Positions 12,560 to 25,619 of a stretch of 64,000 bases of DNA are shown here, one piece after another. A program made the translations under genes and the position numbers. The DNA is taken from NCBI RefSeq assembly GCF_030028105.1, contig NC_092374.1, positions 178,832,057 to 178,896,056 on the forward strand. The letters run 5' to 3'. Every line of letters starts with the position of its first letter. Within the stretch, counting starts at the first letter, position 1. Below the pieces are notes generated by a model. The model was given only the letters and a program-made list of their open reading frames with translations, ran no database searches and was not told the origin of the DNA. Source of the stretch: Mobula birostris. Its lineage: Eukaryota.

Positions 12560-13400
12560 AACATAGAAATTTACAGCATATTACAAGCCTGTCAGCCCAC
12601 AATGTTGCGCCGACCATGTAACCTACTCTGGAAACTACCTAGAATTTTCCTACTGTATAGCCCTCTATTTTTCTAAGCTCCATGTACCTATCTAAGAGTC
12701 TCTTAAAAGACCCTGTTGTAACCACCTCTACCACCTTCACTGGCAGCGCATTCCATGCACCCACCACTCTCTTTCTGTGAAAAACTTACCCCTGACATCC
12801 CCCTTGTACCTCCTTCCAAGCACCTAAAAACTATGCCCCATTGTGTTAGCCATTTCAACCCCGGGAAAAAGCCTCTTGCTATCCACATGATCAATGCCTC
12901 TCATCACAGCTATCAGGTCACCTCTCATTCTCTGTCGTTCCAAGGAGAAAAGGCCAAGTTCACTCAACCTAATCTCATAAGGCAAGCTCTCCAATCCAGG
13001 CAACATCCTTGTAAATCTCCACTGCCCTCTCTGTATAGTATCCACATCCTTCCTGCAGTGAGGTGGCCAGAACTGAACACAGTACTCCAAGTGAGGTCTG
13101 ACCAAGGTCTTATAGAGCTGTAATATTATCTCATGGCTCTTGAACACAATCCCATGGTTGATGAAGGCCAACACACCATATGCCTTCTTAACAACACTGT
13201 CAACCACCGCAGCAGCTTTGATTGTCGTCAGATCCTCCACATGCCAAGAGTCTTACCATTAATATTATATTCCGTCTTCAAATTTGTCCTATCGAAATGA
13301 ACCACTTCACACTTATCTAGGTTGAACTCCATCTGCAGCTTCTCACCCCAGTTCTACATCCTGTCAATGTCGTGCTGTAAACTCTGACTGCCCTCCAGAT
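12560..13400 (-). mobile_element. CR1 LINE 3' fragment
   Basis: ORF 12824-13240: VVKKAYGVLAFI..LYKTLVRPHLEYCVQFW..RMRGDLI. Confidence 0.8.
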
Positions 13401-13529
13401 TGTTTCCACTATTTACAATTTCTGTAGCCGTTTTTACCACCACAATCTTCTCTGTACCAACAATCCCATGATATCTCTGTCTTCCTCCAGTTCCAGTCTC
13501 TTCATTTAATCCTCCACCAATGACAGAGC

Positions 13530-14540
13530 AAGATAAGATTCCAGAGAGTAGTGGTGGATAACTTTTGTCATATTGGAGGACGGTGTCTAGCGGTGTGCCT
13601 CAGGGATCTGTACTGGGTCCAGTGTTGTTTGTCATATATACTAATAATCTGGATGATGGGGTTGTAAATTGGATTAGTAAGTATGCAGATGATACTAAGA
13701 TAGGTGGAGTTGTAGATAATGAAGTAGGTTTTCGAAGCTTGCGGAGAGATTTAGGCCAATTAGAAGAGTGGGCTGAAAGATGGCAGATGGAGTTTAATAC
13801 TGATAAATGTGAGATGCTACGTTTTGGTAGGACTAATCAAAATAGGACATGCATGGTAAATGAAGAATGCAGTAGAACAGAGGGATCTAGGAATAATGGT
13901 GCATAGTTCCCTGAAGGTGGAATCTCATGTAGATAGGGTGGTGAAGAAAGCTTTTGGTATGCTGGCCTTTATAAATCAGAGCATTGAGTATAGGAGTTGG
14001 GATGTAATGTTGAAATTGTGTAAAACCAGATTTGGAGTATTATGTACAGTTCTGGTCACTGAATTATAGGAAAGATGTCAATAAAATTGAGAGAGTACAG
14101 AGGAGATTTACTAAAATGTTGCCTGGGTTTCATCACCTAAGTTACAGAGAAAGGTTGAACAAATTAGGTCTTTATTCCTTGGAGCGTAGAAGGTTGAGGG
14201 GGGACTTGATAGAGTTGACATGGATAGGCTTTTTCCATTGAGAGTGGAGGAGATTCAAACAGGAGGACTTGAGTTGAGAGTTAAAGGGCAAAAGTTTAGG
14301 GGTAACATGAGGGGGAACTTCTTTACTCAGAGTGGTAGCTGTGTGGAATGAGCTTCTAGCAGAAGTGGTTGAGGCAGGTTCGATGTCATTTAAGGTTAAA
14401 TTGGATAGATATAGGGACAGGAAAGGAATGGAGGGTTATGGGCTGAGTTCAGGTCGGTGGGATTAGGTGAGAGTAAGAGTTCGGCACGGACTAGAAGGGC
14501 TGAGATGGCCTGTTTCCATGCTGTAATTGTTATATGGTTA
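13530..14540 (+). mobile_element. CR1 LINE RT and 3' end (frameshifted)
   Basis: SGVPQGSVLGPVLF..KYADDTKIGG..; VQFWS..RRLRGDLIE; CR1-type 3' tail. Confidence 0.85.
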
Positions 14541-17149
14541 TATTCCCCTGAACCTTCCTGCAAGAACATCCTTCCTGAGATAAGGAGACCCACACCATAC
14601 ACCTCCTGATGGGTTTCACCAGGACCCTCTATAGCTACAACAAGACATCCCTGCATAGTGGCATATAGTGTTGAGGAAACAGAGAGAGTCTGCTGAAAAA
14701 CTTAGAAAGATTAGGAAGATGGGCAAAGAAGTGGCAGATGGAATATAGCATAGGGAAGTGTATGGTCATGCACTTTCGTAGAAAGAACAAAGGGCCAGAC
14801 TATTTTCTAAATGCGGAGAAAAATCAGAAATCTGAGGTGTAAAGCGACTTGGAAGTCCCTGCGTAGGATTCCCTAAAGGTTACCTTGCAGTCAGTGGTAA
14901 TGAAGATGTTGCTGGCATTCATTTCTAGAGGACTAGAATGTAAAAGCAAAGATGTAATGCTGGGGCTTTTTAAAACATTAATCAGACTGCACTTCAAAGT
15001 TCAAAATGAGTTTATTTTCAAAGAACATATATGTCACCATGTACTACTTGGAGATCCATTTTTTTGCAGGAATTCACATTACATACAAAGAAACACAATC
15101 AAATCAGTGAAAAACTGATGGATGGACAAACAACCAATATGTAAAAGACAACAAACTGTTGCAAATACAAAAAGACAACAAATACAAAATAATAATAATA
15201 AATAAATAAGCATCAAATATTGAGAACATGAGTTGGAGAGTTCTTGAAAGAGCGTCCATAAGTTATGGAATCAGTTCAGTTTTGGGATCAATGAAGTTGA
15301 ATGTAGTTATCCCTTGTCTAATGCTTGAGGGGTAATAACTGTTTCTGAATCTAGTGGTGTGGCACCTAAGGCTCCCCTGCCTCCTTTCTGATGGCAGCAA
15401 CGAGAAGGGGTCGTCAATGATGAATGCTTATTTCTTGCGATAGTGTCCCTTCTGGATATACTCAGTGGTGGGGAGGGCTTTATCCATTATGGAGTGAGCT
15501 GTATTCACTACTTCTTGTTGGCTTTTCCGTTCAAGAGCATTCGTGATTCCATACCACGCCAAGATGAAACTAATCAATGTACTCTCCACTGCACATCAAT
15601 AGAAGTGTGTCAAAGTTTTAGATGACATGCTGAACCTTTGCAAACTTCTAAGAAACTTGGGGTAAGAAAATAGGGTGTTGCTGTGCCTTCTTTATAATGG
15701 AAGTTATGTATTGGACCCAGGATTTTCTGAAATGATAATGCCCAGGAATTTAAAGATGCTGACTCTCTCCTCCTCTAATCCCTGAAGAGGACTGGCTCAC
15801 GGACCTTCAGTTTCCTCCTCTTGTAGTCAATCAGCCCTTTGGTTTTAAATAGTAGGGATACCTTTGCCATCCTCTGATCTGCAAGAAATTTGGAAAATGA
15901 CCACCAATGCCTCCACTATTTCTGGGGCCACTTCTACTCTAGGATGTGGATTGTCAGTCCCTGAGAACTCATCACCCTTTAACCCTGTTAATTTCCACAG
16001 CACTATACTGTTGCTAATATTGATTCCTTTCCCTGCTTGTTCAGAAACCTTGATCATCCAGCAAATGGCTCAGTCAGCTGACACCTGGACTCTGAGCCAG
16101 ATGTCTAATCAGATCCATGGTTGGGGTTGGCGACACTAGGGGTCAGGAACATAGGTGGATTTGCAGCAGGCGCTGGAGTATGGATTGCTTGTATATCCCC
16201 CACACTCTTTAAAGCACAGTGGGTTCACTGGAAATTTTACTCTACTCTCTAATCCAGCATTCAATGGTCTGGCAAATCACAGGGTCAGCATGTTTTGAAA
16301 CCATAGTACAGATCTGCACTAATTAATTAATCCTAACTAAGATCTGTACGATGCTGTTGTTAAGGAAAGTTGTGACAGTGCCAGAGTATCTGCAGAGGAG
16401 ATTCACCTGGATGGAGTGTTTTAGATGTGAGGAGAGATTAGACATCCTGGGTGTGTTTCCCCTGGAATAGAGGACATTAAGTAGGGATAGTATTGAATTT
16501 TGCAACATTATTTTGGGTGGAGATAGTGTCGACTGCCAGAAAATTTTCCCCATATCAGAGGCAGATAAAACTAGAAGACATAGATTAAAAGGAAGAGCGA
16601 AATAATTCAGAGGGGATCTGAGTGAGACCATTATCACCCAGAGAGTGGTGATTACCTGGAACACGCCGTTGCAGAGAGTGGTGGAAGCAGAGTCACTGAC
16701 AGCATTTAAAAAGTGTCTAGGTGAGTAAACGAGTATCCCATGGTGGGCTGAAGGACCTGCTTCCATGTTGTCTGACTCTATAAACATCTGGGTTCCTTGA
16801 ACATCTGACCATCCACTCAGCACCGAGGTGCAAAGTTTGTGAGAAGTCCTTAGTGCAAATGAGTTCCCAAAGAACTAGCTGTAGCTCATTGTGTTCTGTT
16901 ATTCAAGAGGGAAAGAGGCATAACCCAGGAAGCTACAAAGTGATGAATTTCATGTGGAAAGTTACAAGAGGGGATTCTTAGAGATAGGACATATCAGCCT
17001 TTGAAAAACCATGCCTAATTAGGGACAATCAGCATGGTTTTGCATGGCCAAGTCAGGTAGTACTAATTTGAATTAATTTTTTGAGGTAATTGATAAATGT
17101 AGAGCTATGAATGTTGTATGCATGTATTTTAGATAGGTGTTTGACAAGG

Positions 17150-18330
17150 TCCCTCATGGAAAGCTCATCTAGGACCTTGACCTCTCACCATTTAACTGCT
17201 TTCTGCTCTGTGCACTGAAATGGGGATAGTGACCAGAACTGTAGACAATGCACCAAATTTGGCCTGACTAACATCTTATACAACTTCAACATAACATTCC
17301 AACTCCTGTTCTCAATAATTTGATTTATGAAGGCCAATGTGCCAAAAGCTCTCTTTACTGCCCTACCTACCTATGATGCCACTTTCAATGAATTATAGAT
17401 CTGTGTTCCAGATCCCTTTGTTCAACTGTATTCCTCAGTGCACAACTATTCACTGTGTCCTACCTCGGTTTGTCCTCCAAAAGTGCAACACTTCAAACTT
17501 GTCTACATTAAATTCCATCTGCCGTTTTTCAGCCCTTTTATCCAGCTAGTCCAGATCCCGATGCTTTCCTCGCTGTCCACTACATCTCCAATCTTGGTTA
17601 TTTGCAAATTTGATCATCATCCAGATCGTTGATATACAGTTGATGACAAAAAAATCAATGGATCCAGCACCGATTCCTACTGCACCTCAAACAGTACAGG
17701 CCTCTAATCAGAGAAGCAACCATTTACTGCCACTTTCTGGCTTCTGCTGCTCAGACAATATTGAATCCAACTTCCTACTTTATCATGAATGCCAAGTGAC
17801 TGAACCTTCTGGACTAGACTCCCATGCAGAACTTTATCAAAGGCCTTGCCAAAGTCTGCTCAGACAACATCAACTGCTTTACTTTCATCAACTTTCTGGT
17901 ACCCTCCTTTATAAATGCTATAAGATTGATTAGACATGACCTACCATGGTCAAACCCATGCTGACTAGCCTTAAGCAGGCTCTGTCTATCTAAATCTCCT
18001 GCCCTCCAGAGTATCTTCCAATAATTACCAATGTCAGGCTCACCAGTCTAACTGCCATATTTTCACTTATTCTCTTAGTCAGTTCATCTCATCTTTAGCT
18101 TCTTCCATACATTCTCACATCCTCCTCCCAGCTCACTAGTCTGACTGTTATTGTATCAGCAACTGGGTAGTAAGACTTAGTTGGACTATATCTTTGATAT
18201 GATTTCCATGGAATCCCCCTAGTAACAGCCAAGCTTCTTGTGAATAACATGTTTATTCCCACTTTTTGCTTTTTGTTTAATAAACAGTCCTGAATCCTTG
18301 GCAATACAAGAAAATGCTAAAGGAACACAA
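17150..18330 (-). mobile_element. Degenerate CR1 fragments
   Basis: Reverse-strand CR1 RT signatures (GTCCACTACATCTCCAATCTTGG; QKVGIN..AVTRGIP). Confidence 0.6.
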
Positions 18331-20209
18331 CAGGTCAGGTAGCTGCTGTGGAGTGGTTTCAGGTCTAAAACCTGCATCAGGACACTCGCATAGATCAACC
18401 TGAAACAACCTTTCTTTCCACAGATGCTGCTTGGCCTGCTGTGTTCCTCCAGCAGATTGGATGTACCTTCTGGAGGAACCCAGGCAGCATCCATAGTGGG
18501 AAATGAGCAGTCAATGTTTCAGGCTGGGATGCTTCATCTGAACTGGAAAGTGGAAGGAACCAAAAGAGAATTTGTTCAGGGTAACCTCAGGTTCCGCAAG
18601 GTAGAAGAGGGTGTTAGTTAAGAGGTACTAGTTGGATCTATGTTTCAGAAAAAAAATAGAGCGCTCTTGGGCCATCCTGATTGGGAATAGAAGGGAGGTA
18701 AGGTGTCGAAAATGAAGTGGTGGAGGCCAGAGAATTGAAAGTTGTTAAAATGGTGGAGAGTATGTGGGATGTCCTGGGCATCGGTGGAAATGGATTTGAC
18801 AAGCGGAAGTTAGAATCAAAATACACTTAGTGGTCACTTTATTAGGTAACCTGTGGATCTGCTGGTTAATGCAAATATCAGTGGGCTACAATCATCAGCA
18901 GATGTACTTCATTGGTGAGGCAGTGTATGGTTTAAAAAGAGCTTGGTGCCTTTCGGAACTTTTCAGTAGGCTGCAATCATAGCAATCTCTTAGGGACTCG
19001 GCAGGGGCCAATAGAAAGAAGCGAGGTATAATCAGAGCAGTCCTGGTAGAGTAGACAATGTTAGAGTGGCCAGGATTTGGCTCCACAGGCTTCAGTGAGA
19101 ATAGGCACAGGCTAGAATTTAAGCCCGAGAAGTTGGAGGTATAACAAGAGTTGACAGGATGGTAGTTAAGTCAGTGGAATGCTCCTCCTGTAAGATGTGG
19201 AATTGTAGGCTACCTAACCATCTCCTTGACGATAGACAGGAGATCCAATGGCCACAAAAGAGATGCCAGGATGGTGTGTTGCCTCCTGGGTGAGAGCAGA
19301 GGAAGGGTGATTAATCAGAGGTGGAGGTGCACAATGGCATAGGTAGAGAGGGGAAGGAGGTCCTGCATAGTGTGATAAGACTGCTGAACGGATCCTGACC
19401 TGGATCTGGGCCGTAACCTCCAAATATCCGGACCTGGCTCTCGGTTTTTTTTTGCACTGCCTTACTTTCCATTTTCTATTTTCTATTTATGATTTATAAT
19501 TTAAATTTTTAATATTTACTATCGATTTGTACTCCAGGGAGCAGGAAGCGCAGAATCAAATATCGCTGTGATGATTGTACATTCTAGTATCAATTGTTTG
19601 GTGTCAATAAAGTTAAAGTACAAGGAGTTAGAAAAGAGGCTGAAGTAATTGGCAGTAATTGTTTGAATACACACAGTACCATGTACTAGTAAAGACAGGA
19701 ATAGGATGATAATATAGATGAATGAGTGGCTGAGGAAGTGGTGCTGGGGACAGGGTTTCAAATTTCTGGATCACTGGGCACTGGGATCTCTTCTGGGGAA
19801 GGCATTATCTGTAAAAAATTGACAGGTTACATCTGAACCCAAGAGGAACCAATACTCTTGTGGACAGGTTTGCTAGAATGTTATGTCGGGTTTAAACCAA
19901 ACAAGTTTGCTAGAATGTTATGTCAGGTTTAAGCCAATTTTGGAAGGGGAAGAGAACTGGATGGATGGTGCAGTTGGAATGCAAGTTGATGCATTGTGTC
20001 AATGCATAGCTTCAGCAAGATGATGCTGGTGAACCATGGTGATGAGCTGTGGGCAGTTTACAAAACTCCTAAATATAGTTCTTTTGAATAACTCTCATTG
20101 CAATCTGCAGCCTGTAATTTCCCTTTAAATAATATAGTTTTAAACCGTCATAGGTACATCACTACGCCAAAAGAGAGGGAGGAGGGGAGGACTGCAAAAC
20201 AGAGTCAAA

Positions 20210-23200
20210 TGAAGTGGTATGACACTTCCTCTACCCAGCATTGTGTTAGCAAATGTACTGTTGCTGGAGAACAAGATTGAGGACCTAAGAGCAAAATTGT
20301 TGTAGATTAGATTAGATTAGATTATGAAGACACGCAGTCCTCTTTTATTGTCATTTAGTAATGCATGCATTAAGAAATTATACAATATTTCCTCCGGTGT
20401 GATATCACAAAACACAGGACAGACCAAGACTGAGAAAAAACTAACAAAACCACATAATTATAACATATAGTTACAACAGTGTAACAATACCATAACTTGA
20501 TTAAGAAGTCCATGAGCACAGTAAAAATTCAAAGTCTCTCAAATGTCCCACATCTCACGCAGACAGGAGAAAGAAGAAAAACTCTCCCTGCCATACCTGA
20601 CCATGGTCCAACTCTGAGATATCCAAAAACTTCGAGCTCTGATCAACTCTCCGACAGCGAGTACTGAGTGCCATCTCTGTCCGAACAATTCGACCTCCAT
20701 CTCGGTCGCCAACTGCAGGCAAAGCCAGGGATTTTGAGGCCTTCCCTCTGAAAGATTCCCGACCGCGCAGTAACGACAGCAGCGAACAAGCGTTTCAGAA
20801 ATTTTTCCAGATGTTCCTCTGTGCTTTCACGTCCATCTCCATCAAATCAGAATTGTCCACGGCCCCTATTTAATGGATACGATATCATTTTTCACCGGAG
20901 GGCTGCGCACGCATGGCATGCTGCTTCTCTCTCCTCCCGCTGATTGCATCAGAGTGAAATGAGGATTTGCTGCATTCTCTGTTTCACAGAGACACGGCTC
21001 ATTCCAGACATGCTGGATTTGTCGCTAAGGCTCCAAGGCTTCTCAATACACGGGATGGACCAGACTGCTGATTCAGAGAAAACAAAAATATAGGAGTCTG
21101 TATTTCGTGATAAACTCTTTGTGGTGCTCAGATATAGCGGTCTTGTTGCACTCTTGTTCCCCACCTTGAAGCATCTTATGATTAAGCGCCAACCATTCTA
21201 CCTACCGAGAGAGTTCTCCTCCATGATCCTGACTGCAGTTTACAAGCCATCAAAGGCTGATGTTAAGTAGGCTCTCAATGTATGGAGTGCCATCATCAGT
21301 AAACAAGAAACAAACTACCCCGACACCTTTCAAATCATTGTTAAGTATTTCAGTCAAGCTTGCTTGAAGAAATCTCTTCCCAATTATCATGAACATTTCA
21401 GCTGCAGCACCAGGGTTCCTAAAACACTTAACCACTGATATACTATAATTAGGAATGCCTACCAATGGCTGTCCTCCTCTTACTTGCATACAAAGAGGTG
21501 GTCACAGGGGGCAGAGGAGCGGCTATGGGATTCCTATGAGTTGGTGGTCTGGGCCACGTTCAAGAACCTGAAGGACCAGAGGATCTGAACCAATACGCAA
21601 TGGTGATCACGGACTTTATAAAAACAGTTGTAGATGAGTGTATCCTTAGAATATCATTCAGAGCCCTCTCCAATCAGATGCCATGGATGAATCATGAGAT
21701 CCACAAAATGCTGAGGGCCAGATCAGTAGATTTCAGGTCTGGCCCAAGTAAATACAAGAGATTCAGATGCAATATCCAGAAAGCCATCTCACATACAAAG
21801 TGGCAATTCCAGACCAAATTTGAATCACCAAAGGATGCTCAACAACTGTGCTGGGACTTGAATGCTATCAACTCCTGCAAAGTGAAACCAAATGACATAG
21901 GTGGCAATAAAGCTTCACCCCCAGATGAGCACATGTCTTTAATGCTAGCTTTGACTGTCAAAAACATGGAGGCACCTCCACAGACTCCAACAGCCCTTGA
22001 AGACCCTGTGATTTCAGTTTCTGAGGACATCATGAGAGCTTCCTTCATGAGGATTGTTACTGCAAGCCAAAACAATCAACACCAAGTGGTCAGCTGAAAC
22101 CAATCCCAGGCTGAATTTTACTGATTAGTCATTGTCCCAATCAAAGACTCAATTGTTCTGGAATCAACCATTTAAATAGTCATGCTGGGGAATGTGTTTG
22201 AGTTTGATGTAGTTTTACTGAATAAAGGGTTACTTTGAATTCCAGTTTTTTCTGGAGTTATTTGCCTTTGGGTCTCATCAGTACTTATAGGCAAGTGAAC
22301 ACATGGAGGGAGAACCCACAGAAGCATCCTGCCCAGATAGTATATCTGGCCGAGTACCAAAGACCTGTGTTGATCAACTGGCTGCAGTGTTCACCGATAT
22401 CTTTAACCTCTCACTTTGGAAGTATGAAGTACAGTTCTGCATCAAGCAGACTTCAATCATACAGGTGCCTAAGGAGAATGTGATAACTTGCCTCAATGAC
22501 TAGCATCCAGTTACATTTCTGTCCACTGAGATAAAGATCTTTGAGAGTTTGGTGATGAATTATATCAATTCCTGCCTGAGAAGCGATTTAGATGTGCTCC
22601 AATTTTCCTACAATCACAACAGGTCAACAGCAAATACCATTTCATTGGCTCTTCACTCATCTCTGGAACACCTGTACAGTGAAGGTGCATACATCAGGAT
22701 GCTTGTCATTGACAACATCCCATCAGAATTAATCAATAATCAAGATGTTAGCCTCAATAGCTCCTTGAGCTACCAGATGCTCAATTTCCTCACTTGCAGA
22801 TCCCAGTCAGTTTGGGTTGCCAACAACATCGCCTCCACTATCTCCATCAGCACAGGTGCACCTCAGGGCTGTGTGCTTATCCCCCTGCTCTGTTTGCCTT
22901 GTTCTTATGACTGTGACACTAAGCACAGCTCCAATGCCATGTTTAAATTTGGTGACAATACCACTGTCATTGGTTGACTGAAAGGTGATGAGGAATCAGC
23001 ATATAGGAAGGTGATTGTTTTGGATCTCCATAACAAACTCTCACTGTAGGTCATTCCTCTTTGGAGGATCAGGTCAGAGGTTGAGAGGGTCACCAACTTT
23101 AAATTCCTCAGTGTTATCCTTTCAGTCAATTTGTCCTGAGCCCAGCACGTAAGTGTCATGAAAAAAGCATGGCAGTGCCTCTACCTTTTTTAGGAGCTTG

Positions 23201-23839
23201 TGAAGTTTCAGCATGTCATCTAAAACTTTGACAAACTTCTATGCATATGTGTTGAAGAGTATATTGTCTGGACAGTGAAGATACGTACTTCAGGGTGCAT
23301 GTCATCACGGACTGGTATGAAAACACCAGTGCTGTTGAATGGAAAAGCCTACAGAAAGTATTGGATATGGCCTGGTCCTTCACATGTAAAGCCCTCTCTA
23401 CCACTGAGCAACCTACATGGAGTGCTGGTGCAGAAAAGCAGCATCCAACATCGGTGACCCCCAACATCCAGGTCATGCTCTCTTCTTGCTGCTGCCATTG
23501 GGTAGAAGATACAGGAGTCCCAGGATCCACGCCACCAGGTTCAGGAACAGTTACCCGGCAAACGTCAGGCTCTTGAACCAGAGGGGATCACTTCATTCAA
23601 CCTTACTTGCCCCAACTGAACTGTATTCACTTTCAAGGACTCTTCATCTCATGTTCTCAAGATTTATTGCTTACTTATTTATTGTCGTTTTCTTCGCTTT
23701 TTATATTTTGTTAATGGTCTTTTGCAGATTGATTGTTTCTCCATTCTGTTGGGGGTGATCATTGATTCCATTGTGTTTCTTTTACTTACTGCGAATACCA
23801 CAAGAAAATTAATCTCAGGGTTGTATACTGTGACATATA
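20210..23839 (+). mobile_element. Old Rex1/Babar-like LINE (endonuclease plus RT, heavily degraded, with nested inserts)
   Basis: CILCFTET endonuclease motif near 20970; RT remnants ISLALHSSLEHL, STGAPQGCVL..PLL, KFGDNTTVIG; C-terminus HPGHALFLLLPLGRRYRS. Confidence 0.75.
20312..20941 (-). mobile_element. About 620-bp non-coding retroposon, copy 1
   Basis: Reverse complement of 40157-40780 with high similarity by eye; (AATCT)n tail at 20312-20325. Confidence 0.75.
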
Positions 23840-25498
23840 CAGTGGTACTCGAAAGTTTGTGAACCCTGTAGAATTTTCTCTATTTCTGCATAAATATGAC
23901 TAAAATGTGATCAGATTTTCATGTAAGTCCTAAAAAGAACCCAGCTAAATAAGTAACACAAAAGCATTGTACTTGTTCATTTAATTATTGAGAATAATGA
24001 TCCAATATTACATGTATTTGTTGGAAAAAATATGTGAACCTCTGGGGTAATGCCTTCTACAAAAGCTATTTGGAATCGGGTGATCCAGTCAATGAGATGA
24101 GATTGGAAGTGTGGGTTGTTGAGAAGCCCTGTCCGATAAAAAAAGACACACAACGTAAGGTTACGGACAGAGCCTGCCCTTCTCAAGAAAGATCTGTTTA
24201 TGTGCACTGTGCCTTGATGAAAACACCTTTCAGAGGACCTGAGAAGGATTATGGAGATGCATGAAGCTGGAAAATGCTACAAAAGCATTTCTCAAGACCT
24301 GAGTATTCATCAGTCCATAGTTAGAGAAATTGACTACAAATGGAGGAAGTTCAGTACTGTTACAACTTCCCCTAGGAGTGGGCATCCTGCAGAGATCACA
24401 CCGGGAACACAGCTTGCAATTTTATTATTATTTTCTTCTCTTTTTATATTTTGTTAATTGTCTTTTGCAGATTAACTGTTTCTCCATTCTTTTTCATTGA
24501 TTCCATTGTATTTCTTTTACTTACTGTGAATATTACCCCAAGGGTAATAGCAAAAAACCTGCAGAAATCTCTAGAACTTGCTAAAGTTTCTGTTAATGTG
24601 CCCACTACAAGAAAAACGCTGAACAAGAAAGATGTCAATGGAATGACACCAGGGTGGAAACCACTGCTCCAAAAAAAACATTGCTGCAAGTCTCAAGATT
24701 GCAAAAGACCACATGGATGTTCCACAATGCTTCTGGGACAATGTTCTGTGAACAGATGAGACAAAAGTTGAATTTCTTGCAGAAATACACATTGCTATAT
24801 TTGGGAGGAAAAGGACATCACACACCAACACCAAAACCTCAGCCCAACTGTGACACATAATGGAAGGAGCATCATGGTTTATGGCTGCTTTGCTGACTCA
24901 GGGCATTGATAGCTTTCAATCGTTGGGGGAACAATTAATTCAAAATTGTATGAAGAAATTTTACAGGAGGATGTTAGGATAGCAGTTCATTGCCTGAAGC
25001 TTAATAGAAATTGGATAACGCAACAAGACAATGATCTGAAAGACAAGAGTAAATTAACATCAGAATGGTTTAAAAAGAAGTAAATTAGTGTCTTGGAATG
25101 ACTGAAACAAAGACTTGACCTTAATCCTATAGAAATAAAAGCAAGCAGTTCCTGCAAGGAAGCCCACCAATATCCCAGAGTTAGAGTAGTTTTGTAAGGA
25201 GGAATGGGCCTAAAATTTTTCCAAGCAGACGTACAGGACTGATCAATAGTTACTGGAAATGCTTGTTTGAAGTTATTGCTGTAAAAGGGGGTCACACCAG
25301 TTACTGAAAGCAAAGGTTCACATACTTTTCACGACAACTACATGTAATGAACAAGTATAATATTGTTGTTTTATTTATTTAATTGTTTTCTCTTTATCTA
25401 GTTTTAGGACTTGCTTGAAGATCTGATCACATTTTAGGTCATATTTATGCAGAAATAGAGAAAATTCTACAGGGTTCACAAACTTCCTAGCACCACTG
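23840..25498 (+). mobile_element. Tc1-family DNA transposon, full length (about 1.66 kb), transposase decayed
   Basis: Long TIRs CAGTGGTACTCGAAAGTTTGTGAACCCTGTAGAATTTTCTC.. and ..GGGTTCACAAACTTCCTAGCACCACTG; TA TSD (23838-23839 and 25499-25500); HTH remnant GKCYKSISQDL..PRSGHPAEITP. Confidence 0.9.
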
Positions 25499-25619
25499 TA
25501 TGTGCCATTGATTTACTTTGAACTTTGAATTTTGAACGTTGAATTTTGATACTGTGAGGAAGGACAGGCAGATGATAGGATAAAATTGTAATATGTGGGA
25601 TGAGTTGAAGTGTAACATG

